NCBI RefSeq assembly: GCF_009914755.1
Contig: NC_060935.1
Length of the DNA: 64,000 nt
From: the human T2T-CHM13v2.0 reference genome, Homo sapiens
Strand: one strand, 5' to 3'
This document shows, one piece after another, positions 23,890-35,879 of the stretch (within the stretch, counting starts at the first letter, position 1; each line of letters begins with the position of its first letter). The translations under genes and the position numbers were made by a program. Below the pieces are notes generated by a model. It had not been told where the DNA came from, did not search any database, and was given only the letters and a program-made list of their open reading frames with translations.

Positions 23890-23914
23890 CTTTGATGGGC
23901 TGCTGACGTCAGCA
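23890..23914. promoter_or_regulatory. TCF/LEF motif (CTTTGAT) next to a perfect C-MARE palindrome (TGCTGACGTCAGCA)
   Basis: Exact motif matches at 23890-23896 and 23901-23914 in non-repetitive DNA. Confidence 0.55.
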
Positions 23915-24599
23915 AATATGCTTGACGCCTGTAAAGCAAATAAGCCACATCACAAGCAGAAAGCCTGTGGGATTTTCTGGTGCCCTATTTCTAGAACCTT
24001 CCCTGTTCTGACCATTTGAAGGTGCTTATTTAGTCAACCGTTCAGGCAGCTGCGAGGCTTTATTGATAACAAATGGCAGCCTATTTGGCCCATTTTTTTT
24101 CTTTTATCCAAATCAATTATATTCCTAAAAGGCACTCTCTGTGAGTAGAAGAAAGGAGTGTGTAGAACAGGCTGACGTGGGGGAGCGGGGAGGAAGGAGA
24201 CAATAGTTCTTTTTACTAAGAGCTTTCGCAAGCCTGAGAAAGGTGAAATAAAGGTATAAAAAGCACCAAAACAGTGCCTGTGCATAGGAAGTGCTTAATA
24301 AATGCTAAATACTTCAAGTTTTAATTCACATTTATGGTCACCATGGCATTAAGAATGAGAATAAATGCATGACAGGGAATGTACCAATGTCAGGATTTCA
24401 GCGCCCCTGGGAAAATTAACTCAGCTGCTATTCTCCAGCTCTAATGGAAATCCTGGGCAGAAACCAGCAAACTTAAGAAGGGTATGAAATGTAGGTCCCT
24501 TACCAGTCAGCCCCACCCTTTTTTTTTTTTTTTGGTAACTGAGATAATTTATTGTATTTTTGATCTGAGTTATCCTAGTCTCAGCCATCTCCCAAACCA

Positions 24600-25230
24600 A
24601 AAGATTCCATATGGCATCTCTATGTTTGTTTATTTCCTTATAAAGTGTGTTTATTTTTTGCTGATTAGAAAAGTTGTGTACACGATAGTCCTTACGATGA
24701 ACCTGAAAATAACATAAAAAGGCAAGAAAAGTCACTCTAAATCTCTGTACCAAAAACCTGTCACTACCAAGATTGGTATATTTACTTCCAAACCTTTTGA
24801 ATTGTGCAGATTTCATATTTGCTTCTGTATTTAAAAATATATAATTTTGATAAGATTGTATATACATGTTTATACTCAGGTTTGACAGACTCCCTGTAAA
24901 CAGATCTACCCATCTGGTGGATATACCATAGTTTACAGAACTGCGCATGTTATCAGTTTGTTTCCCATACTTTTTTTTACTGTTATAAAATAACACCGTA
25001 ATAAGTTTCTCTGTGCATGTATCTGTTTACCTAATTAGACTCCCACCCTCCCCACAATAAGATAGGTTTCCAGAAAGAGAATTCTCAGGTCAGAGTACAA
25101 ACATTTAGAGGCTTGATACTCACTGCCAAATTGCTTTTCAAAAGATTTGTTCTAATTACAATCAGCTATGCATGAGCATGCCTGTTTCACTACAGCTTAG
25201 CTTTCATTAGATATTATATTTTGTTAGGAA
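24600..25230 (-). mobile_element. Old L1ME-like fragment
   Basis: ggatataccatagttta...gtttgtttcccatacttttttactgttataaaataacac...ccaaattgcttttcaaaaagatttg. Confidence 0.55.
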
Positions 25231-25929
25231 AATATTTTAATCAAAATTTACTAATTAATTCTTCGTGGCCTCAGGAAGCCAAAGCTGACAATCACTGACT
25301 TAAAATATTCTTACAACAGCAAGGGTGGGCCCGTGGATCAGAAGTGTTAGTTAAGAGGGTGTGGTGTTTTCTCTCCTTTCCATTTTTTTTCCTTCCCTGA
25401 GTATTTGCTTAAGGTAATATTAATAGAATTTTATCTCATATCAGAATTGGTCAATGATCTGAGAACAGAAGGGACAGAAACTCTACAGAAGCAGGGCTAA
25501 GGAGATAACAAATTGAATCAGAGTTATAAAAAGAAAATATTCGTTATCTTTTTCATCTTGAGTCTAGTGGAAAAGGCTATTCTTAGAAAGCAATGCCATG
25601 AAACATATTTGATTTTGTGCTTCTCCATACCCACCTCTAGCAAAAATTAAATCAAATGAAACACATAAACCAAGTTGTTTATAAGTAGTCTGTAATGAAC
25701 AGTTTAGATTTTTCTAGGAATTTCTTTCTAAATATGATATGCACTTGAGGTTGTTCTTAATATCTTGAAAAGAGAAGATTTGATTATGACAATCTGTGAA
25801 ATTTCCATTGTGAAAATGCTTGCGAAATTTGTTTTCCCAAGCAGAAAAGAAGGAAGATGAGGAGAAATCAAGTTTTGTTGAGTTTTTTTGAAATGCCAGA
25901 TCCTCGTGTTTTTTCACATGTATTTTCTC

Positions 25930-26075
25930 TGCATTAATCTTGTGAGATAGAACGTTTTAATCTCCAATGTTTACAGATAAAGGAACTAAAGCCATTCAGT
26001 TCATAAGTAAGAGATGCGGGATTCCAACCCAAGCCTGACCACAAAACCTGTGCCTTGTTGCTACACACACCTGAT
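25930..26075 (-). mobile_element. MIR fragment
   Basis: tttacagataaaggaactaaagcc...gggattccaacccaagcctgacc. Confidence 0.55.
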
Positions 26076-26995
26076 GCATTACGCACAGTAAGTGTTCAGC
26101 ACATCCAGAAGAAAAAGTCCCCGGGACTCCAGAGCGTTGCCATTGGAAAGGCTTCAGAGATGATCAAAGTCTTGTCCAGGTATTTCTACCAGGAAAGTGG
26201 AGTACTTTTCGGAAGATCACACTTTTGCTAAATCTACTAGGTGAAGATTTAGTAAAATACAGAGGAGGGGAAATTCTTATGTAAATATTTGGGTGGCTGT
26301 CTGGGAGAATGAAAAAAAATTCTTAAAAAACGAATACTCCCTGTGTTAGCTTGGAGGTTTTGACTGAATGCCCCATGGACTGTTGTTGCTCTACAAAGCG
26401 CAGGTGCATAGTCAGTCAACAACGTGGACTCCTCAGCCATCAGGGAAGACAGCTGTGTGCTAGTCAGACTCACATCTGGAAGGTGGTACCAACCATGACC
26501 CTGCTGGTGGGAGCTGTCCCCAGCACTTTTAACAGGCTTTATTTCTGTTTGAGCCTCTGGGTACATGAGGATGTGGGAGGAGTCGAAGGAGGGAGTGCCA
26601 GGCTTTCCAAGGATCTTTGTGTGTGGCATTAGGTATGCACACCTGGCTGAATGCATCTTTGGCCACAATGACCCCATCGTGCTCATGGAGACCTTGCATG
26701 GATTGCTTTGAAGGCCTGCTTCCCCCAGCCTCTCCCCTTCTCATCCATTCCCATGCAAATCTCCTGTTTCAGACACTTCTAGGATTTCCCATAGCTTTCA
26801 AGATAAAATCCACATTTCTTAGCAGGTTTGTGAAGGTTGTTGGTTTTCCAGCTCAAGATCCCTCCTTTAGGTCCACCCTCCCCAACTTAAGACCACGGAA
26901 TTGAGTTGATCCTATTTCTTCATTCAGGTCACACTATCATCCTCCTTTTATGCATGTGCCCTTTTCTATCTTCATTTTACTTCATGTTCTCCTCC

Positions 26996-27283
26996 CTCCC
27001 CATTCCCACTCCCATTTCCCTCCTTGCTCTTATGATAGGCCCCTATTCCAATGTATTAATTTACAACCTTCCAAACCATCTTATATATTCAAGGCTGCCA
27101 TGTTGCACACTGCGTGCTAGTCACACTCACACCTGGAGTGTAACTAGCACACAGTGTGCAACATGGCAGCTCCCATTCCCACTCCTTTTTCCCTCCTTGC
27201 TCTCATGATAGGCACCTATGCCGACATATTAATCTACAACCTTCCAAACCATCTTAAATATTCAAGGCTGCCATGTTGCATAC
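26996..27283. repeat. ~115-bp imperfect direct duplication (26996-27110, 27170-27283) enclosing a 35-bp inverted repeat (27094-27170)
   Basis: Both copies read ctcc(c)cattcccactcc..tttccctccttgctct.atgatagg...attaat.tacaaccttccaaaccatctta.atattcaaggctgccatgttgca.ac. Confidence 0.9.
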
Positions 27284-27415
27284 CCTCAAGGGGCACCATT
27301 CATGTTGTATTCTGGCATCTTTCCCCAGAGGGCACCATTTGCATGGAAAACTGTGTGAATGGTAACCCTGAGGCTGAGCAATGTGCCAGCACAGTTCATA
27401 TGGTTGTGTATGTAT
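27263..27415. mobile_element. MER91-like hAT-Tip100 MITE
   Basis: caaggctgccatg...ggggcaccattcat...gtgaatggtaaccctgagg resembles the palindromic MER91 core gggcgccattcac...gtgaatggcgccc. Confidence 0.5.
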
Positions 27416-27459
27416 ATGTATCCTTGACAGTAGACTGAAACTGTCTGTATGCTTGTGTT

Positions 27460-28200
27460 TAATATATATGACTTTATTGAGCTATAAAATTTATTATGTT
27501 TCTTTCTTTTTCACATGACATTATGTTTGTGCAAGCATTCTGCATTGGTATATGCAAATTTAGACCATTATTTTTTTACCTGCATGGTATTCTGTCTCTT
27601 TCTGTATTTCCTTAGTGAGTGATATCTAGGTCGTCACCAATTCCTTGCTATCTCAAACAAGGTGTCGATTAACACAGATAGAAATCGGTGGACATATGTG
27701 AGTGCTGAACTGCAGGATTGCTCTGCCAAATTGCTATACCCGGTTAGGCTCTTACTAGGAGTGAAGATTTCCATATTCCCCACAAGCACTTGATATTGAT
27801 CAACCTTCTACTATTTGCAAATCTGTTTTAATTTGCATTTCTTTAAAATCTAGTAAAGTTAAGCTTCATCTGCTTATTATTCTTTAGGTCCCCCTTTTGT
27901 TAATTGCCTATGTTGTTATTGACCATTTTTCCTTTGGTTTCACTTTTCTGGCAGATTTTCAGAAGTTCCTTACATATTCTGAACATTACTTTCTTTTAAC
28001 CTTAGAGCTAGTGTGAATATCTTCTATCTGTCCTCCATCTCTAACTGTGTCCCTGGTATCTGTTGTTGAAAATGTCTTTACTTTTAATGTAGTCAAATTT
28101 AGCATCCACCTCCCCTGTGGCTTGTGGTTTGGGGTTCTTGTTTAAGTAATGAAGTCACAAAAATATGGTTCTATATATTTTCTTCTACTAGCCTCATACT
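27460..28200 (-). mobile_element. Old L1ME-like fragments
   Basis: Degenerate L1 3' motifs: ctgccaaattgct, ttttaatttgcatttcttt, cttttaatgtagtcaaattt. Confidence 0.55.
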
Positions 28201-28374
28201 TTCTCTCTCTCTCTCTCTCTCTTTAGTTCTTTCTTCCTCTATCCCTCCTTTCTTCCTTCCCCCTTATTTCTTCTTCACAGATAAAGTGAAATACTTCTGT
28301 GGAAATAATCTTTATCTTATCAAGTTTTACCCTAAAGAATAGTTTAAATCCTGATTATCCTGAAATGTAGACTA

Positions 28375-28816
<442 letters not shown>

Positions 28817-28834
28817 CCAGCCTAACTTTCTTAC

Positions 28835-29375
28835 ATTTTATTTTTATTTACCAGTGTTCAAAATAATGGGGTTGTCCACTAGCATTCTCCAAAGGTGACT
28901 AATAGTTCTTCTTGTTTGTTCATTTTTTTAGGATAATTATAAAATTTTAAATTTAAAGTATTTCATTTTTTTCAAACCATTGTGGTTATTAATATTACTG
29001 ATGCTCCGTTTACCTATGTAACAAACTTGTACATCCTCTACAGGTTCCCTGGAGCTTAAAATAAAAGTTGAAGAAAAAAATGCTGATGCTCAAATTGTCC
29101 CCTCTTTAGCTACTGGGAGCCTTTTCAGGTCAGCTTCTGAATTCTTTTCACACAATTTTCATAGTCTTTGATAGCGTTCTTTGCTCTCTAGTAGGTCAAA
29201 CTATTTCAGGCTCCTACTATTCATTTTCTGTGCCAGTCCTGCAATCAACCATCACTATAAGGAGTCCTGATTCCTTTTAGTGGGAAATGATATTTAGAAG
29301 CCACAATCTGGATGCTAGGGGTCTAGGTTAGTGATTGCTTTTAGGACTTTTCAGAGTCAATGTGTAGAAAATATG
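28835..29375 (-). mobile_element. L1MC-like 3' UTR fragment
   Basis: gatgctcaaattgtccc...ctgggagccttttcagg...aaggagtcctgattccttttagtgggaaatgatatttagaagccacaatctgg. Confidence 0.65.
29007..29080 (+). mobile_element. Ultra-short L1P 3'-tail insertion (~70 bp)
   Basis: tttacctatgtaacaaacttgtacatcc...cttaaaataaaagttgaagaaaaaaa, flanked by t(a/g)ctgatgctc on both sides. Confidence 0.7.
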
Positions 29376-29485
29376 TTTTTGTTTTATTATTATTCTTTTG
29401 CTTGGTTTTTGTTTTGTTTTCTATTATTTTTAAAATTGTGGTGTAATATATATAACATAAAATTAATCATTTAAACAATTTTTAG

Positions 29486-29810
<325 letters not shown>

Positions 29811-30108
29811 TCACAGTGCTTTGCAATCATCACCACTATCCATTTCCAGAAATTTTTCATCTCAAACAGAAACTCTGTATCCATTAAACAATAACTCCCA
29901 GTTCTTTCCTTCTCCCAGCCCCTGGTGACCTGTATTATCTTTGTAAAGAATGCCTATTTGAGCCATTTCACCATTTAGAATTGGGTTTTTGAGGGGGATG
30001 GGAATTGTTGAGTTGGAGTTCTTTATTTACTTTGGATATTAATTACTTATCAGATATGTTATTTGCAAATATTTTCTCTCATTCCATTGTTTGCCATTAT
30101 TGAGTGTC

Positions 30109-30464
30109 TGTATTAGTCTGTTTTCATGCTGCCGATAAACACATACCCCAAACTGGGGAATTTATAAAGGAAACTTTAATTGACTCACAGTTCTACATGG
30201 CTGGGGAGCCCTCACAACCATGGCAGAAGAGCAAAGGTTGTCTTACGTGGTGGCAGGCAAGAAGAGAGCTTGTGCAGGGGAATTCCTCTATATAAAACCA
30301 CCAGATCACATGAGACCTTTATTCACTATTATGAGAACGGCATCGGAAAGACCCACCCCTGTGATTCAATTACTTCCCACTAGATTCCTCCCATAATATG
30401 TGGGAATTGTGGGAGCTACAATTCAAGATGAGATTTGGGTTGGGGACACAGCCAAACCATATCA
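30109..30464 (-). mobile_element. THE1B-like solo LTR
   Basis: Complete tgtattagtc...ggggacacagccaaaccatatca. 5-bp TSD gtgtc/gggtc. Confidence 0.9.
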
Positions 30465-33400
30465 GGGTCTTTGATGCGCAAACAGTTTTAAAATTTTGAT
30501 GAAGTCCAACTTATTTATTATTCTCTTTGTTGTCTGTGCTTTTGGTGTCATATCCAAGAAATCCTTACCAAATCCAACATCATAAAACGTTCTCCCTGGG
30601 TTTTCTTCCAAGCATTTTATAATTTTAACCCTTTTGTGTTTAGGTCTTTAATCCATTTTTAGTTAATTTTTGTAGATGGTAGAAGGTAAGATTTCAACTT
30701 TATTCTTTTGCATATGGATATTTAGTTTTCCCAGAACCATTTGTTGAAATTGTTATCCTTTCCCTATTAAATGGTCTTGGCACACTTGTCAAAAATTAAT
30801 TGACCACACATGCAAAGGTTTATTTCTGAGTTCTCTGTTCTGTTCCATTTGTCTATACATCTTTCCTTAGTCTAGTTCCACAATGGTTTAATTGCTATAG
30901 ATTTGTAGTAAAATTTGAAATCAGGAAATGTGAGTTTTCTGTATTTTATCCTTCTTTTAAAAAATCATTTTGGCTATTTTTTGGAAGTACCATATGACTT
31001 TTAGGATGAGTTTTTCTGTTTCTGCAAAAAAAAAAAAAAAAAAAAAAAAAAGCCAGTGGAATTTTGATAGGGATTGCAGTGAGTCTTTAGATACCTTTGG
31101 ATTGTATTGTCATATTAAGAACATTGTCTTCTAATGAATGAACATGAGATGTCTTTCCATTTATTTATGTCTTCTTTAATTGCTTTCAGAAATGTTTTAT
31201 AGTTTTCAGTGTCCAAGTCTTTTGCCTCATTGTTAGAATTATTCCTAAGTATTTTATTTTATTCTGTTTGATGTTATAGTAAATGGAATTTTTAAAAATT
31301 CCTTTTTAGATTGTTCATTGTTGATGTATAGAAATGCAACTGATTTTTTTTGCATTGATTTTTCATCCTGCAATGTTGCTGAATTTATTAGCTCACTTTT
31401 TTGTGTATGGAATCTTTAAAATTTTCTATGTGCAAGATTATGTCATTTGCAAACAGATATAATTTTACTTCCCCTTTTCAATTTAGACTCCTTTTATTTC
31501 ATTTTCTTGCCTAATTTCTCTGCTTAAAAGTTTTAATACAATATTGCATAGAAGTAGTGAAAGTGGACATCCTTGTCTTGATTTTGATCTTCAGGAAAAA
31601 ACTTTCAGTCTTTCACTATTGAATATAATGTTTGCTGTGGATTTTTCATATATAGCCTAAATCGTGTTGAAGATGTTTCCTTCTATTCCTAGTTACTGAT
31701 TTAAAAAAACAAAAAACAAAAAACAAGAAAGGGTGTTTCATTTTGTCAACTGCTTTTTCTGCATAAATTGAGATGGTTATTATTATTTTTTCTTTTTTTA
31801 ATTGTGGTGTATTACATTGATTTTCATACATTGAACCCTCCTTGCAAAACAGGAATAAATCCCACTTGGTCATGGTACATAATCTTTTTAATATACTGCC
31901 AAATTTGGTTAGTATTTTGTTGAGACTTTTATCTCAGTATTCATAAGAGATATTGGCCTGTCGTTTTCTATTTTCTAAGTGTCTGTCTGGTTTTGGTACC
32001 AGGATAATGTTGGTATAGAATGAGTTGGAAACTGTTACTTCTCCTTGAATTATTTTTAGAAGAGTTTGGGAAGAATTGGTATTAATTCTTCTTTAAATGT
32101 TTCATAGAATTCACCAGTGAATCCATCTGATCCAGGACTTTTCTTTATTGGGAGGCTTTTGATTACTGATTCAACTTCCTTACTGGTTATATAAGGTCTA
32201 TCAAATTTTCCATGTCTTTATGATCTAATTTTGGTAAGTTGTGTGTTTCTAGAAAATCATCTATTTCATCTAGGTTATCCAATATGTTGGCATACAATTA
32301 TTCATAATATTCTCTTATAATCCTTTTTGTTTCTATAAAACCTGTAATAATGTCCCCACATTTATTTATGATCTTAGTAATTTGAATCTTCAACCTTTTT
32401 TCCTTAGTCAATCCAGCTGATTTGTCAGTTTTGTTGATCTTTTGAAATAAGTACTTTTGGTTTTATTGATTTTTCTTTTTTGTCGCTCCATTCTCCATTT
32501 CATTTATCTGTGCTCTAATCTTTATTATTTCCTTCTTTCTGCTAGCTATGAGTTTAGTTTGCCTTTCTTTTTCTAGATCCTTAAGGTGTAAAGTTGAGTT
32601 ATTGATTCGAGATCTTTTTAAAAAATATTTATGTTTAGAGCTATAACTCTTACTGTTAGCACTGCTTTCACTGAATCCCATTAGTTTTGATGTGCTGTTT
32701 TTTTGTTTGTTTTCATTTGTCTCAAGATTTTATAATTTCCTTTGTGATTTATTCTTTGATTTATTAGTTTTTTAAGGGCGATTTATTTAATTTCCACATA
32801 TTTGTGAATTTCCCAGTTTTCGTTCTGTTACTGATTTTTCGCTCATTCCATTAGGATCAGAAACGATACTTTGTATGATTTCAACTTCTTAAATTTATTA
32901 AGACTTGTTTGTGGCCTAACATATGATCTGTCCTGGAGAATGTTCCATATGCACCTGAGAAAAATGTGTATTCAGCTGTAGTTGGGTGCAGTGTTCTGGA
33001 TATATCTTTTAGGTGTAATTTGTTTATGGCATTGTTCAAGTTCTCTATTTCTTTATTTCTCTTCTGTCTTGTGTTCTATCTGTTATTGAAAGTGGCATAT
33101 TGAAGTTTATTTCAACTATTATTGGAGAACTATTTATTTGATTCTGTCAGTGTTTGCTTCATATATTTTGGGGCTCTGATTTTGGTGCATATAGGTTTAT
33201 AATTGTTATATTTTCTTGGTGAGTTTACCCCTTTATGAATAAACAATGTTTGTCTTTGTTTCTTGTAACAGTTTCTGACTAAATGTTTATTTTGTCTAAT
33301 GTTAGTATAACTACCCCAGCTCTCTTTTGGTTACTATTTGCATGAAGCATCTTTTCCCATCTTTTCACTTTCAACCTAGTTGTGTCTTTAGATTTAAAGT

Positions 33401-34408
33401 GAATTTCTATATTTTCTATTTGTTGTGACAACATCTTCATACTTTCCTTTAGCTTTTAAGATATGGCTTCCTTTGTTCTTTGGACAGCCCTAAAATAGCT
33501 GATTTAGTCTTGTTTAGTAAGTTCTGCTTTTGAGCTTCTTCATTGATGGTTTCTATTGGCTGCTTTTTTCCCCCATGAACAGGCCGTACTTTCTTATTTC
33601 TTTGCGTGTCTCATAATTTTTTGTTGAAAACAAGACTTTTAAAATAACATAACATTGCAACTCTGGAAATCAGATCCTTCTCTTCCTAGGGTTTGTTGTT
33701 GGTGCCATTTGTCTTTGTTGTTTTTTCTTTTTGTTATTTTTGTTTGTTTGTTTAGTAACTTTCTTGAACTAATTTTCTAAAGTCTTTATCCTTGTCATAT
33801 GACCACTGAAATCTCTGCTCAGATAGCCTAGTGGTCATTAATGATTGGACAGAGATTTTCTGAAATGCCTGTAACTAATAAGCCTCTCAGCCTTTACTGA
33901 GGGGCTATGTGTGTGTATGTGTATGAGTTGGGATATGTTTTCACTATTGAGGGGCTCAGTTTACAACTCTGCTTCAGCTCCCACTTTCTACTTGCTTAGA
34001 GCCTAAAGGTCTGTCAGAGTGGGGAGCTTAGGACTTTCTCAGGTCTGTCCTGAGCATGTGCACATTCCTATGCGGGTGAAACCTTCTAGATTTCTAGAAA
34101 TATTTTAGAGCTTTTCAAAGCCCCCATGGACTATCTCATTCACCAGCTTTTCCTTTTAACTAACTTGATCAGCTTCTTAGTTTTCCCAACTGCAATCACT
34201 GCTTCAAGCAGTTGTGATGTTAGATAATTGTCTGTAGTTGCTTTTGACAAATGTCCCCGAGGAAAAAGCTGTTTTGCATTGTGCGAGATCTGAGTCGGGT
34301 CAAATAAATACCAGCCAGGGAACTGCCAGACAGGTCAAATATTGGCAAATCTCAGAATGGTACTTTAGCCAGCTCCTAACACATTCTCTCCCTTCCAGTG
34401 GTTCCTGA

Positions 34409-34503
34409 GCTGCTGGTTTTCACTGTGATTATGGGGCTGCTAATTTTCACTGTGATTGTGGGGTTGCTGATTTTCACTGTGATTGTGGGGCTGTTGGTTT
34501 TCA
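34409..34503. repeat. 27-bp tandem repeat, about 3.5 copies
   Basis: gctgctggttttcactgtgattatggg / gctgctaattttcactgtgattgtggg / gttgctgattttcactgtgattgtggg / gctgttggttttca. Confidence 0.9.
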
Positions 34504-35119
34504 AGGCTACTGTGGAGCTAGGGGCGGGGATGGTAAGAGGGCAAGTTAAAACGCTAGAAAGCATGTTGTTCTTACTAAGATTCTGTCATTTTTCTTTATT
34601 AAATGCTCTTTGGAGCCTTGTAAGCTTTTGGTTAATTTGAAAAAACTGGGAAAAGTTGATTTTGACAATTTTTTTGCCTGTATTCTTGTTGCTTTTATTG
34701 CCAAGTGGCTTTTTGGAGGTTCTCAGTCTGCCGCACTGACATCACTTGTCAAGATTGTTTTCTTCTTTGTTCCCTCTTTTATAGGATGCACAGAATTTTC
34801 TTTGGCTGACTTGAAAGTTGTACATTTAATTTTACTCTTCTGTTTCTCCAGACTTACTAAGAGCCATACTTATGCTTATTTTTCCTGACCAATCTATAAT
34901 CTTATCGAATCTGTGTTTGCCTCCAGGCAAGACAAGACCCTTAACACACTACTCTCACTTCTCTGGTCTCTCTGTCTTTTCATTTTGGCATCATCTACAA
35001 TTTTAGTTCTAGAAAATCTTATTTAACTAATAATAACCTTTCTCTGCCTATTTTACTGGGATTGAATTAAATGTATACATTATCTTGAGCAGAATTGGTA
35101 TCTTTAGGATGCTGTATCA

Positions 35120-35335
35120 TTCTATTCGAGAATAAGATAATACTGCAGTGTAACAAATCTCCCCCAAATTCAGTGTGTCTTAAAATAACAATAATTTATT
35201 CTCATGCATGCATCTGTGTGAGGCAGCTGGGGCTTAGTTAATCTAGGTTAATTTCAGCTGAACTTGGCTACAGTCTATGAGTTTTCTTTAGACCTGCTTC
35301 ATGTATTTCTCGTCCTCCTTGAACCAGAGGCACAG
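35120..35335 (-). mobile_element. MLT1-family LTR fragment
   Basis: gtaacaaatctcccccaaattcagtgtgtcttaaaataacaataatttattctcatgc. Confidence 0.55.
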
Positions 35336-35879
35336 AACTTTCCTAAAGCTCCCTTGGAGTTGTTACAGAGTGGTCAGGCTAAACTCTTCTTTTTTCCTCT
35401 GCTTCTGTGGGCCTTGGCTTTTTCAATCCAAGTCAATACACAAATATCACATGATGGCTATGCACCAGGCCTAAAGTTTGGGCCTGCAAAAGCAGAGATA
35501 AGTAAAACAGATAGCATTCCATCAGTAAAAATACTCTCTGAGACACTGATAGTAGGATTTTAAATGGATTCAATATCCTAGATTTATACTTTGTAGGTAA
35601 CAGTTCTACTTTTAGGAATCTACAGAATATTTGCACAAGCAGTTAAGGATGTAAGTTAGTAATCTTCATTACAGCAATTTTTATAATAATTAAATATTAG
35701 AAATCGCCTCAATAGAAGACTAGTTATATAAGCTGTAATAATCATATTATTTTATGTTATATAGCTATTAAATAATGTGAATCTGCATTTCTGATGTAGA
35801 AGAACACCTATGATATGTTGTTAAATAAAAAAAAGCAAGTAAGTGGAAAGAGTATAAACTCATTACTTATTTTTGTAGC

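Noticed and set aside
24421-24996. 191-aa minus-strand ORF
   Set aside because: Non-ATG start, overlaps an old L1 fragment, and has no recognisable homology or gene context.
34409-34503. CRISPR-like repeat array
   Set aside because: Head-to-tail tandem units without unique spacers, in a mammalian L1 context.
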